A stretch of 64,000 nt of DNA from Balanoglossus misakiensis (taxonomy: Eukaryota; Animalia; Hemichordata): assembly GCA_040954595.2 (NCBI GenBank), contig CM082584.2, forward strand, positions 10,630,552 through 10,694,551. The letters are read 5' to 3'. This document shows positions 40,301-54,200 of the stretch, in pieces. Numbering within the stretch: the first letter of the stretch is position 1; each line of letters starts with the position of its first letter. The translations under genes were made by a program, and so were the position numbers. The notes beneath the pieces are model-generated. The model saw nothing but the letters and a program-made list of their open reading frames with translations. It searched no databases and had not been told where the DNA came from.

Positions 40301-42649
40301 AATGTATATGTGAAGCATCTGAACCAAAACGTTATTATGTTGATTGGTTTCTTAATTTGTCTACTTTCTAATTTGGCTGTCCATTAGGAAAGAATTGGCA
40401 TGAAACGATTTGCAAAGAACAGTTCACGGGAGTGCATGGTTTTAATTATTAATTTCAGTGATAAGCGATATCTACATGCACACACATGCATACTCAAAGA
40501 GTCCAAGGCCATGAGAAACAATTTACGAAACCAAGTCGACCCAGGGACAGCTCTGAGCTGATATCTTCAAAGACATGATGCTGAGACTGAAAGTATCACA
40601 TTAAGATAGCGCTTTGAGTCAGTGGTGCAATGTTTCACTACATTCCTATAGTTTCAGTACAACACACAACTAAAAGTAACTGCGAACCAGTAGGTACAAT
40701 ATAACTGCCACATAAATTATATGTGATGCTATTCGAATAAGATAATTCACTTTTGTTTAAAGAAGAAACTTACTGTTTTCATTTCATTGATAACAAATAT
40801 AGACTATTCCTAGCAGCGAAAGTTACCTATCTTAGATGTTCATATTATTTGTTCATCTGACTAGATTAGTGTGTTTGGCTTTAAAGCTAGGACGTACCAT
40901 AACTTTTTATACATCATGCTACATGTTCTGAATATGTAATTCACGCATTGTTGACGAGGACTGGTTGATGTTTTGAATGTTACTAATAGTTGAAGGTACC
41001 TTAACATTCTATCACTAGAAAGGTTACCTTTACATGAATGCACAGTTATACAATACAGTAACCTTCCTTTTTATACGAGTATTCATGCTTTTTTGCTCTC
41101 AGGGAGAATTCATCATGAATAGGGCCGGAACGCATATGTCACACAGGTTACTCTTGAATCAGGTTATTGCCCTTTTCGGAGCCAATTCAAAGAATCTTGG
41201 CACAGACAAGAAGTACCACATTTGTTCCTGAAAACAACTTCTGAATGGATTGTAACCCAAACTAATGGTCTTGTAAGCACCAGCAGGGCGCTTTTGTCCA
41301 GCAGGTAATTAACAATTCACCTGCGATGACTCAGAAAACCTGGTGTTTCTTCAGGGGCTTATACTGGTACCAAGCACTTTGACGTAAACACGTTAATGGC
41401 TCCATTGTGACACTCCTAGGTTCCCATAGAGGAAAATATACACTCAGTGAAAAAAGTGGGAAAATTAACTGATTCAGGATTTTTAAATATCATCAATATA
41501 GTACAGTGGCAGAGACACCAGTGGTTTTACAGTGACATGTAATCCATACCGTGCTCTTTGCAAATTTATTCTGAGCAAATATGGAAAGTATTTTAGAATA
41601 GGATTGCAAATAGAATGAGCCCATGACCTGTGAAAATAATTCCCACACTGCATGCATGTACATTAAACTACAGGGGACCACACCCACTGTAACCATTTCT
41701 AGTTCATCCTAATGGAACATGATTTGTGATGTATTTTGAGACGCAGTTTCATTCCTAATAAATCGGGATATGCATAAGAACTATATATGCTATAATTAAA
41801 AGCAAAGGAGTATTATACATCGAATCTTTCTTTTAATTTCGCAGATGTGGGGTAGGGTGGGGTGTCCATCATGAACATTGTCGCCTGAGTTGTGGGGCCT
41901 TATAGAGAGCTGCTTGCGGCCCTCTGCAATACATGCATTAAAGGGACAAAGTCTCTCTCTCGCTCTTCTTTTCCCATTTATTATGTTTGATTCACTACAC
42001 TGTCTATGCTAATGCACATGTGGATATATAGTGAATCAACATTCAACCATCACGTTTGTAGGATATGAGAGTAAAAATCTCGCCAAAATGAATAAATGGT
42101 AAACACCGAATATTCATTTTGCTCTCGCGTCTACAAGTGGGATGGAAGGTGTGTGTGGTTGACCTATGAGTAAAATTTCTACATAATGTTTACCATAGAG
42201 ATTTTCAAAGTCACTAAATTTGGCGGCCATTTTGAATGCCATAGACTAAGCACAGATATAGGCGGCCATTTTGAACCTCAAATTTGGCGGCCATTTTGAA
42301 AGTCTTAAATTAAGACAATTTTGAAAAGACCCCCCCCCCCCCCCCCCCCCCGAATTTAATGAGTAAATGAAAAATTATTTTCGGCAAGAAATGAATAATC
42401 TAAAGTAGCCAAAAATGAATAATCAGTGTTTACCATTTATTCATTTTGGCGAGATTTTTACTCTCACATCTATATGCAGGATGGAAGTTGTTTGTGGTTG
42501 AACGTTAACGTTGATTCACTATATACATGTATTCACATGGACTTAACATCAATGGTGTCTTGTATCAAACATACTTAATGGGAAAAGGGCAGCAAGAGAG
42601 AGACTTTGTCCTTTTAAACCATAGGGAACTGAGTAATTTTGTTATTGTT

Positions 42650-42682
<33 letters not shown>

Positions 42683-42951
42683 AAGATTGGTAATAAAATT
42701 TTTAAAAAAATCAATGTTCATTTCTTGCTATGTTTGTCGATGTTGTAGATAACTGTAAAAAAAACCAACCATAATCGTGGAAAACGCGACCTAGGTCGCC
42801 GAATGTCACTACCGTCTTACATACAGGCATTCGGCGACCTAGGTCGTGTTTTCCACGATTATGGTTGGGTTTTTTTTACAGTTATCTACAACATCGACAA
42901 ACATAGCAAGAAATGAACATTGATTTTTTTAAAAATTTTATTACCAATCTT

Positions 42952-43011
<60 letters not shown>

Positions 43012-43642
43012 AACAAAATTACTCAGTTCCCTATGTTTTAAACATGTGGTTCCCGGTTCGTTCGTTCCCGAACCCACGAGTGGTCAGGGACTGGACATCC
43101 AGTGTTTATGTTTGTATGTTGTTCAATTCGGATTCCAAAACCCTTTGTGTAAACGTCTTTGTTTACACAAACAACTAATCTGTCGACACCTTGACCACTC
43201 CTTGAGTATATACACTAACAGTGTACTCTCATTGACACATGCATGTCGGCATCACAAAATAACTGTCGAAACTGTCCCTTTTAATAAACGTTTTAATTAA
43301 CAGCTTGCGAAGCACATAAAGACAATGTGATTGTCTCCACTTATCACATCTATGTGAGATTTGATTACAAAAGCCAAGGCATTATTATGCAAACATCACC
43401 GTAATTAACACTCGCGAAGGCACGCCAGTTCAGCCGGCTGACTTTCCATCAACATGTAAATACAATCGCACTCTTTTACGGCCACTGATATTTGCATATA
43501 TTAACCGTGAGAAAAAATATTCTTGGCATTGTGTCCGGCACTGCATACTATCAAGAAAAAATAATTTAAATATCAACTTACCGATGCACAACAGAATGAA
43601 ATCCAACAGAATATAACAACACTTCCCTGCCCCTGACGCCAT
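37326..43642 (-). CDS. PLPP: Phospholipid phosphatase (PAP2/LPP, PLPP1/2/3-wunen family), ~306 aa
   Basis: Exons (-): 43582-43642 (upstream in-frame ATG at 43699), 40012-40166, 38503-38825, 38043-38100, 37729-37905, 37326-37472 total 921 nt. Motifs [14 protein letters not shown]1 [12 protein letters not shown]2 SFVSGHSS, C3 [16 protein letters not shown]. Confidence 0.95.
41942..42613. mobile_element. TTAA-flanked MITE with AGG termini (Kolobok/T2-like) in PLPP intron 1
   Basis: TTAA|AGGGACAAAGTCTCTCTCT ... AGAGAGAGACTTTGTCCTT|TTAA, with degenerate inverted arms of ~180-200 bp (e.g. TGAGAGTAAAAATCTCGCCAAAATGAATAAATGGTAAACAC and its reverse complement). Confidence 0.8.
42618..43037. mobile_element. 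Near-perfect palindromic (foldback) MITE flanked by TTAA
   Basis: Arms 42618-42805 and 42828-43037 are near-exact reverse complements, including (GTT)n/(AAC)n tracts, around a ~22-nt loop. TTAA at 42614-42617 and 43038-43041. Confidence 0.88.
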
Positions 43643-45766
43643 TTTTGGGTGTGTGAGTTTGTATGTGTAATTCCGGAAGCCGTTATCTTGTTTTCCCATG
43701 ATGCATCTCGTTTGATGCAACTCGTGAAAGTAAAAACGAAAGTATCCTGTTGAGAGGGACTGGTTCTCCTGGCAATGTACAGACAAGAGAGCGTTTCGAC
43801 AACGTACCCGTAGCACGCACTCACTCATTCATTAGCCTAATTTCATCATTCACAGCCGTAGTCAAGTTCTTTCTCATATTAATGAGCCTACAGATAGGGA
43901 TGTGTCCTAATTGACATTGCAACATTTTCGTTCGACGCATTCAAATGTACACACCACAGGAGAACACATTATGAATACCATAGACATTGCTTTATTTGCT
44001 TGTACTTGTAAAGTAATAACATCAGGCTTGTCCCTCTTCAAAATATTCTTGGTATCCCTTGTTTGCGACTGGTGAATGGAATAACCCTAAATACTACCAA
44101 CATCTTCGTCTGGTAAACTCAATGTTTGGGGTTAGTGACAACATGGCAAAACATGACTGTTTAATAGTGCCACAAGAATTAAAATAAAATAAAATAAAAA
44201 GGTTATATCATTTCCCATTAAATGGTTTTTACAACAAACTTTGGACAATTTAAAACTATTCAGACTAACAAGAATCTTTTCTGGATCTGCAAATTTTGTT
44301 TCCATTCTGCAATGATTGGTATATTTACATAACTTGGCACCCACAGAGCAAATTTTCACATAGCATGTACATGACTGAATAATGCGCTGATGACAGATAG
44401 ATTATACAGTTAATAAAGTAGTGAACATGTCTGTATTTCTATCAACTGTGTTAAGTGGTGTGAACTGCTTGTCTGTAACAGTTAATTTCAATTACATTCT
44501 GAGGGTAAGTTCTACTTGGATTATTTTATGCATTGTATAATTTGACAGCATCTGATACAATGTTGCCCGGTATCAATAAATAGTTCACAATAATAATTTG
44601 GAGCACCATTGCTATGTGTGTGCTTTGATATACACTGAAAATGTAAGCTGAGGTAAGTATCTGTGCAAGGGATAAACAGTTTCTGTCTACAGTGTTTGCC
44701 CCAGGAATTTGACTCAGCAATGGCTATTATGCATAACAATATACATAACTGTTATGGTAATGAATTTCAGTGTAGAATTGTCTCACTCGAAGAAAGTGCT
44801 CCCAGAACACAGCTGCCATACAAACAAATGTTCAACTGAAAGCATTTGTTTAAAATACTCAATATCAAATGCTCTAAAAATCAAAACAAAAAATCGACTC
44901 ACAAATCATCACAACTGAATAGAAATATGCATACAGGTACAAACAATATACAAATGGTTATGCTACAGTTACATTTGTGTTATGGAATTATAAATAACAT
45001 ATTTTTTATGATACATCTCACATTAATATTCGATTATCACTCGTGTCAGTTAAACTGGGTACGCAAATCCACATATTTATTTTTTATCATATTCTTATTA
45101 TAGGCAGTGTAGATGCTTTATGAGCACATTAGATAGGTGTAGTTCTGTAATTGACAAAGTTGGCCCTTTATTTTTAACCAGTCAAACAATGGCACAGTAG
45201 AGTGAGTGAGTGAGAGTGTGTGTATGTGTGTGTTTCACGGACAGTTCAGAATTTGTCTTCTGTTTCATACAATAAACCCTTTTCAGACATCCACACAAAC
45301 GAGCGAAGCATTTCACCTTTACTGCGATTGGTAACTTACACAAGATTTGGCAGCCGACTACATTTTTGGCAAGGGATTTGTTTGTCAGATCAGATGACTC
45401 ACGCTTCAAAAAAACTCACAGAATTAAAGAGACAACCCCTTCCCCCCTCCTCCAACAATGACAAATTGGACTGTACCAAGTGCTGATTAAAATAGGGGAG
45501 ACATCTGGATCTTGATTGTGACGGGCAGGTATGGACAGCCATAGGCACTGATTAAAAAAAAAACGATTAAGACTCAACAACTGACAAGCTGCTTTCAATT
45601 TGCCACTAATCACAGTTTCAATTCTAGCCCTACCCTTTTGAAACGCAAAACACTAGACTCGGAAAGAAGCACCGGTTGACACACTGCCATAAGCATGTTT
45701 TAATAACTAGCACTAACTAGAGTCACTATAGCGATAGACACTAAACTAGCCGATGACATCACAAGG

Positions 45767-48700
45767 TCACGTCTCAGATTCAATGCCAGCTTCTGATCTG
45801 CTCAACGCCAGCGCTTTCTCCAAATCGTCCTGTTCCTGTTGCTCGAGTTTTCGTTGCCTTTCCTTCTCTGTTAATTCGCTTTCCTTGGTTGCCCAGGCAA
45901 TCTGTTCGGCTTCGCTGGTTGGTGCTGTGGACCCTGAACCAATCTGCAAGCAACAAACCATAATTACCGACACGGTCACACCGTGTGATTAATGGGACAT
46001 CAACTGTGATGATTACCAAAAGAAAGGAAAGAAATTACATTTATCATCTGGATTGTTTTTGTTCATACCTGAACTTTACTGAAGTCTGCAAACGCCGAGA
46101 ACGGATCTGAGGACATCCCAACGTCCGTCTTAGCCGAACTGCTGAATGGATCAATACCGCTGGAGAAGGGATCTGTTGCCGGAACAGTGGCCGCTGCGAA
46201 CGGATCCTTCCCCTTGACGGAGGTGCTGCTACTGCTGCTTGTAGTACTGCCACCGAATGCATCAGACATTCCGAAACCGAAGGGATCTTTGTCGCTGCCA
46301 CCGCCCCCGCCGATAGTCGATTGGAATGGATCGCTGCTTTGGAAAGGATCCGCCATGTTGCTGGCAGTGCCGACGCTCGCCATTGGCTGGGCCGAAATCC
46401 CCGAACCTGGACGGTTCCTCTTAGGGGGTAGTGCCGGCATTGGCTCTTGCGATGAGAAGGGGTCACTTCCGAAGGCATCGCCGCCGCTTGAAGACTGACA
46501 AGAAATGTAACAACCAAGTACATCAGAGTTAACCATGATGCTACACCAGATTGCATTTGAATGTGAAAACTGCAGATTAACGATTAGAAAGACCTTGGGG
46601 CAGATACCCTCTTAAGAGGCAAAAAATATATGGACTGTGAAAGAAGTAGACGTCCTTACTTTGAATTTTGTGTCAAACGGATCGCCACCAAACGGATCTG
46701 ATGAAAACTGGTCTGTGGAGCTTGATTGATCTGCGATGCAAAAAAAAAAAGAACAGATTTGATTAGGTAAATTGTATAAAGGTATAATTCACATGTGCCT
46801 ATATATGGTCAAAAGACTTTGTCTTAGTGTTACTTCACTTTGTCTTTGGTCACAGAAAGAGGAGACCGCTCACCTTCCGAGTCCTTCGACTTGAACGGAT
46901 CAACATTTTTAAAAGGATCATCCATGTGTTTGAGCGTGTCATCCTTGGAAGACCCAAACGGATCCGCGTCTTTGAACGGATCATTGCTGGCAAACGGGTC
47001 AGCGCCAAATCCATTACTTTTGAATGGATCATCTGGAAAAAAAAGGCAAGTAGAAGCTGTTTTAACTTTTATTACTGACACAGCTGAAAGGACATAATGT
47101 CCAGATGGATACAACATAAGTTAAGGTCAAGCAGGGGTCATTTACACTATGATATTTTTTTAGAAATATCTCATACAGAAGCATTTAAAGTCTACTTACT
47201 TTCCTTGAATGGGTCATCGGTCTGGAAGGGATCGGGCTCATCCGCACCAAACGGATCTTTGCCCTTGAAGGGATCCTCCTTGAAATCATCGTTGACCTCG
47301 GAATCACCTTTCTCAATTCCGGAACCCGTGCTGAAACCACTGAGACTGCTGACCGGACTACTTCCGGCCTACATGGATGGATAGAAGGAGTGAGTCAGTG
47401 TAATGAACGAGACACCAACATCTGCGATTTGGACAAATAATTAAACAAAACAAAAGTTACATTTATCAGAATACTTTTCAGAACTTTCCAAGTCTATGTA
47501 TGCGACCCACTTACCGTTGCCCTCATACTGAACGTATCTGCTTCTGATGGTGTTGGTGTTATGGCCGCGGACACTGCGTGGTCGACATCATTGACATTGG
47601 TTATCATTCCCGATGATGCTTTCTGGATGATTTCAGTGTATTTCTCTATATTACTGTTATAAATATTCTGTGTTTCTTTCAGCTTGCTTAATTTACTTTG
47701 CTCCTGTGTAGAAGAAAGTATAAAATGGTTTAAATTTAATGTACTGTCAAATAATATGGGCTTTGGTGAGTTGAAAGAGACAGGTGAATGAAAACCAGAG
47801 AGAGTCTGGCAAATAATAATCAGATTATCCCAGATAATGGACATACTGGTCAAAGTCTACACTTAAGCAAGTCGCAATATAAGGCATACCAGACTGATCT
47901 GTTGTTGAGTATCTTTCAGAGATTTCATGACGACTTCCAGTTGAGTTTTGCCAGCCTCCACTTTTTGTTCTAATACTGATTCTTCTTGTCTCAGATTATT
48001 CAATTCAATTCGGAGTCTGTTGAGTTCCTCGTCTTGGCTCTGCGTAAAAAAAGAATTTAAATCACAAATTATTGACAGTATACCAACTTCATTCTATACA
48101 CAGCATGAACAATTAGACATTGCTAAATTCAATGAGTTTGTAATAACCATACCTGTTATCACAGGAATCAGTCACATGTGCCAGTGGTCACATGATAGTC
48201 ACATGACCACCCACCCACCAATACAAATGGTCGCTCACCTTGACTGTGTTCTCTTGAGTAGCTATTTGAGATTTCAGTGTTTTAATATTGTGTTCCTCCT
48301 CTTCACATTTGTGTTTCACTTCTTGAAGGGTTTCTTCCAGTTTCTTTTTCCGTTCGTCCAATTCGTCCAGTTTCCTCTGCGCGTCCGACTTCTGACTTTC
48401 CAACTGTCTCAGCTGGACATTGGCGTCATCCAACTCCTTTTGCAGACCCTGTTAGAGTACAACAAGTTGGGGAGGCATTCGAGCAGATGACATGATACAT
48501 TCACACATGACGTCAAGGTAAACAAAACACAGCTGTACCAGACAATGATGGCATGCTGCTATATCACAGGATTTTCAGTTTTTGGAAACATAACCTTACT
48601 GGATCGTCAAATTAAACACCTGGAAAATGCTTACTTGGACTTCAGACGTCTTCTGTTGACTAATCTCTTCCTTCTCGCTAATATCTTTTTGCAGCTGTGT

Positions 48701-49165
48701 CTTCTCTTTTCCCAATTGTTCAATTTCTTTGCTGATCAGGTCCAACTCTTTGATTTGTGAGAAGTCTCCCAGGCTGCCACCAGGGGTGACGATGCTAGGC
48801 CCACTGCCATCCTGTCACACCAAAATAAAATCAGGTAGTTAAGTAATATATGGAAAATAATGCAAAACAATGGTATTGAGCCCTCAGGAATTGGGTTTGC
48901 GGGCACTGTTTTGGCTAAGCAAGAATTCACTAACCGGCCTCACGTTGGGATGATTGATGATTCAATTTTGATCTTACCATGAGTAATGAGAGGTCTGTGC
49001 CTGGTTTTGGTCTGGATGCTGGCGGAATCATCTCTGGAGTCAACTGCTGTGGTGGGTCGATACCTTTGCTTTTCTGACTGATTAGATACAGGGCTAAGGC
49101 AAACTGCTCTGCGTTCAGTTTACCCTGTTGTTTCATGTCACACAACGACCTACAATGGAGAAAAC

Positions 49166-49197
<32 letters not shown>

Positions 49198-51182
49198 CTA
49201 CTACTACCCCAACCACAAAAGAGAATATTCAAGTTGCACTTACCATATATGGGCTAATACAGGTTGAGGTATACCATACTGCATAAACGTGTCCTTGACC
49301 TGATCGCCTGAGACCAGACCATCTCCATCGCTGTCTAATTGTTTAAATATATTATCTGAGTTGGCTTTTTCTTGAGCTGCAACCACCCACGTACCTGGTG
49401 GTTTTGGAAGCTGTGAAAACAAAATAAATATCAAGGACAGTCAACAGCATGACTGAGATGAAGCCTACAAACTGTGACTTAATTAAAATGCCATTGTACG
49501 AATGCTAAACAAAAAGCCACAGCTGATAGCAGCCACAACTCAAAACTACATCTAGTAATTTTTCTTTAGTTTACATAACTATTTTTCACAGTTACATAAT
49601 CATCCTGATATTCTGCAATAGCTCAGCACACAAAATTAAATAATTACATATATTGTTATGTTATTGTTAAGTGTGTTTGAAGAATTATATAACGAGGCAT
49701 TGAACTTTGAACCTGCCACTTAAATGTACCTTGTATGCTTTGGTATGCCAAACAACTGTGATATTTCAAACACTCAGACAAGGAATATACACTGACTGGT
49801 ATGTTAAGTAAAATATACATCTGCATTCAGGCCTAATTGATAATACTTAAATCATGTTTCTGGTGGTAGTATTATATATGAAGGCACGGATCCGAGGTGT
49901 TTAGATTTGTTGGAAACTTAAGTCTCTCTGACAAGTCTGACACCTGAACAATCCAGAAAAAAATCGATGTCTCTTGAACGACAGCAAAATTGGCACAGAG
50001 CAAATACAAAATCCTGGCACCTATGTCAATACAAACTTACAATTGTAATCCCAATTCAGAACGGTGCCAGGCAATTTTATTACAGATTAACAGGATTTAA
50101 GACTGCAAGAATCAAACATTACCTTTGTTGGCGACTCAAGTGACAAGGTATCAAATCCAGCCAGTAGGTTATTTTGGAAATCAGCGATTATTTTCTGCAT
50201 TTTTCAATCTTGCTGTTATCAGCCCGCAACACTGACACCCCCTTTGGCAGTTCCTGTGGTCAATCAATGGGCTATCACTGCCCTTCCTTCCTCTCCAAAT
50301 TTGAATATTCAAATATATGCAAATTGAGTTCAGATATGCAAATGTTTTAGCCTGCTCACAGACTGTCTTTCTTCTGTACAGGTCAAAGTCACAAACCAAG
50401 ATATGGCGAGTTGTTTTCAAAGAATTGGCCTTTAACCTTTGCACCCTGACCCAATCATGACCAATGGATTCACTTTCATTTGAGCTGGATACAAAAGATT
50501 ATTTTTTTCAAGACATAATTTTCTGAAAGATTCGTCGGAGAATTTTATTCAGAACTTACGCTTTTCATTGAGAGTTGTGGTGACATTGTTGGTGATGGAG
50601 AGCCTGTGCTACCGGGAGGGGTCGGGGAAGCCCGTCTGAAACTCCCGGCTGCTCCAGGTACACTTGGCAAGACTGCCACACCTCCAGCTAGACCACTTTT
50701 CTTCCGTTTCGACGGCGGAATGACATTCGGTGGTAGTGGTGCCATAATGGGTTCATTGTCTAGTGCTCGATAAACTAAATACATTGCCTGTAACAAAACC
50801 AGTAACAAACACACTGAGAATGTTTCACAATTGGCATGAGCTAGCGTATGTATTAAGACCGTGAATCAATGAAATATGAGATGAATAAACTAAAATTGAA
50901 TAGAAACACAATATTTGTCTGGTTTGCCACTTAAGGAAATCTTATATCCAGTATCCTGACTGAATCATACACATTACCATTACTGATGATAAACTGGTTG
51001 TTTGAAGTGTGTTGTATGAATTTGTCTCAAGGAGATAAGTCAACGATTCCTTACCACTGCAAATTCATCTCTATCTAAAAATCCATCCTTGTCAATGTCG
51101 CTGAGATCCCATACCTGAAAACCATAAAAATATGAAATTAAATGATGATGATGATGACGATGACGATGACGATGGTGGTGAC

Positions 51183-51242
<60 letters not shown>

Positions 51243-54200
51243 AAACTTCTATTATTTCAGGAGTGTCATTCACTAATACGATATGCTACACTATTATGTT
51301 ACACAACAAAACCAGACTTACCCTACTGAGTATATCTACAGGTAAATTTGAATTCATGAAAACTGATTTGCACTTTTCCCCAGATAGCAATCCGTTGACC
51401 GGCTGGAGGCTATCAAAAATTCCATCAAATTTTGTTTTTTCTTGAACCTGTGGGGGGAAAAACAGATTGCACTGATTTTAATGTTCAAAGCTACTAAATA
51501 CAGAAGTGGGGATAACTCGGGTAATGTAATGAGGCCCCAGGTATAAAAATCTGATAAATGGTTAGCTGTAACAGGGGGTGAAATTCATAAGCGTAACTGC
51601 TCTACTCACTCCAACAACCCATGGTACATCAACTGCAGGTGAACCCAGTAAGGGTGGTGTAGCCATTCCAGAGAGAGTTCCTCCACCCTGTGGAGATAAT
51701 AACACAAATATAGTTCTCCCTTGATTGATTTTGCCAAATTACAGAATAACCTAATTTGGAGTGTTTTGTAAGGGGAATAAATCATATTGACAAGTTCTGA
51801 ATTTAACAGGTGGCGATATGTGTCTGACACAAACATGCCTTATTTAGAAATTGATCTTTCATATACGAGAGAAAATCCAGATATATTGGTCGTGGACACT
51901 TGATTTGGAAATCCACTCACCATATTTGGGGGAGGAACTGCAAGAGCAATGTTGGTTGTGGAAACTTCTTTGCCATTCTGGGCTAATGCTATTAATTTTA
52001 GGCCTGTAAAAAATCCCTGGAGGAGAAAGAGAGAGAAAGAGAGAAGAGAAATAAGCAAATAAATCATGAATCACCCTCTCTCTCTCCATTGACAGACCCT
52101 ACCTGAATCATAATGGGATTACCCAGTTACTGAAACCTCAAATGAGGGTGACGCAGCTTAACACATTTTTGTCATGTATGTAAAAAGGATAATTTCTCGG
52201 GTAGGACATCTACGAAATCTATTTTGAAATGAGATGAATTAATGAAATACATTGCAATGTCACTCAAAATTCAAACACAATGGTAGCAGGTGAATGGAAA
52301 TTCATACACACATATATCACCGAGAGTTTCCATGCATTTTGTCTTCATTTAATGTCTCTCCCAGGGGGAATTAAAATGTTCCCTCAACACCTGCCACCAT
52401 CATCGCAAAAGACTTAGCACGCACGCACACACGACACAACCCACCTGTTTATCTAGAAATCCTTTTCCCGTCGGATCAGACAGTTCCCATATTTTGTGCA
52501 GTACTGTCTCTTTCAAACCAGATCTTTTCAAAAAGGCAGCCGCTTCTGCAGCACCAATTTTCCCAGCTCCTAGGGGATCCACCTAATTGCAGACAATGGA
52601 GCCATCATTAATATTGCGAGTTAAAGATGAAATTTTGTGAGTGAAAGATGAAATAATTCACCATCCAAAAGAAGAAATTACTGAAATTGCTTCTTTTAGA
52701 AGCCATATAAAATTTAATCTAATCTGCAAATATATCAATCAATGGATAATCAACCAAGTAACACATCATGGCAAAAACATGTTTTGAAACATTCTTGTTT
52801 GCCTCTGGTGACAATCTAACTTTCAATAATCCATACAGCTGTTAATATCTTGCTCCTGGGTAACAAAGATTGTAAAACTTACCTGTTTATAGTAACCTTC
52901 ATAAGTACCCACGTGACTTCCAGTGATCTGAAATTTATACACAAAAACAATTCATGAATAAAAGTAACACATATTACCATGCTAAAAGTTCCGGAAATAC
53001 TACAATACAATCCTCTTGATTGTGAGTGAGTGAGTGTGTGGGCGTTGAGTGTTTTGTATGTCTGTCTGAAATGTGAAGTCATTATAGTGTCCACCATCTG
53101 ATAGGCTGTTTATTGACATAGGGTATAAATAGCTAGTGACACATGATATGAAAATATAGAAAACATGATATCTAGCGGACTTTGCAGTCTGACAAAGCTC
53201 ATCCCTTCCACACTCGCTACAAAAAATCCTAAAATTAATCAAATACAGCAAAACATCCAATATACTTAGGCAGATGCTCCAAATAGGGATGGCGGTTTCT
53301 ATGGAAATATGAGCAGAGCGTTATAATGGTGGTCATTGTTATCTGCATCACTGTTGTCACCATGGTGATGATGATCATCATCACAGCAATCACATGTGCT
53401 GATGACTGATTAATTTGATAGCATCACCCTCATGAGATGAAAAGGTACATCCACCATCCTCCTCCTCATCCTCATCATTATCATCCTCCTCATCCTCATC
53501 AGACCTTCGCTATCACAATCAACATCCACATCCCGTAAATTGACCAAAACAGTGGTTCTTATTTTCAGACGACTGTAATCAAAACCAACCAAAGACAGAT
53601 AATCACTGTACGTTCCAAAGATAATTACATCTCCTAGGCAACTGCGGTCATCTGGATTGATATCCACATCACATAACAGCAGAATACCTGACTTGACTAA
53701 CTACACTGAGGGAAATCGACATTGTCTTCACATTTTTCAGTCATTTATTTTAACTTAAGGTTTCAATACCCGAGAATACATCTCCATGGAAACAGTCATT
53801 TAAGACGAAAATCGGGGTTAAGGTCACTCTTACATTGAAACGACACCAAGACTCGATGATATATATAGAATTAAATGTGAGATAGTGTTACAGTCATAAC
53901 ACTGAGGATTCACCCTACAATACTGGCTAAGTGGTAAGGAGATACCATATTCAACGCGATCATTGGAATTAAAATAGTCTCAACTCCAACTTGAAGAAAA
54001 CAGCATTTTAAACGATATAGCTACTTGCTTATCAATTAACAGTAGGTCAATCTGTCTACTGACACCATTTTGGCAATCGAAACTTTACATATTTTTTAAC
54101 ATAATCTGTTTCGCTGAGCTCCTCGTCTAGTGGAAATCTTAGTTTTTTTAAGCTGAGGTTGTATGAAGATTTGTTTACATTACAGTTCGCCTCAAACCAT

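Noticed and set aside
42527-43300. Poly-Val/poly-Thr ORFs duplicated on both strands
   Set aside because: A by-product of the palindromic MITE and its (GTT)n tract.
48930-49243. Poly-Asp ORF extension into an EPS15 intron
   Set aside because: The 94-nt intron is not frame-preserving; simple (CAT)n repeat.
51040-51329. Poly-His/poly-Asp ORFs in an EPS15 intron (207 nt, a multiple of 3)
   Set aside because: Retention hits an in-frame TAG 12 codons in, so this is a microsatellite artefact.
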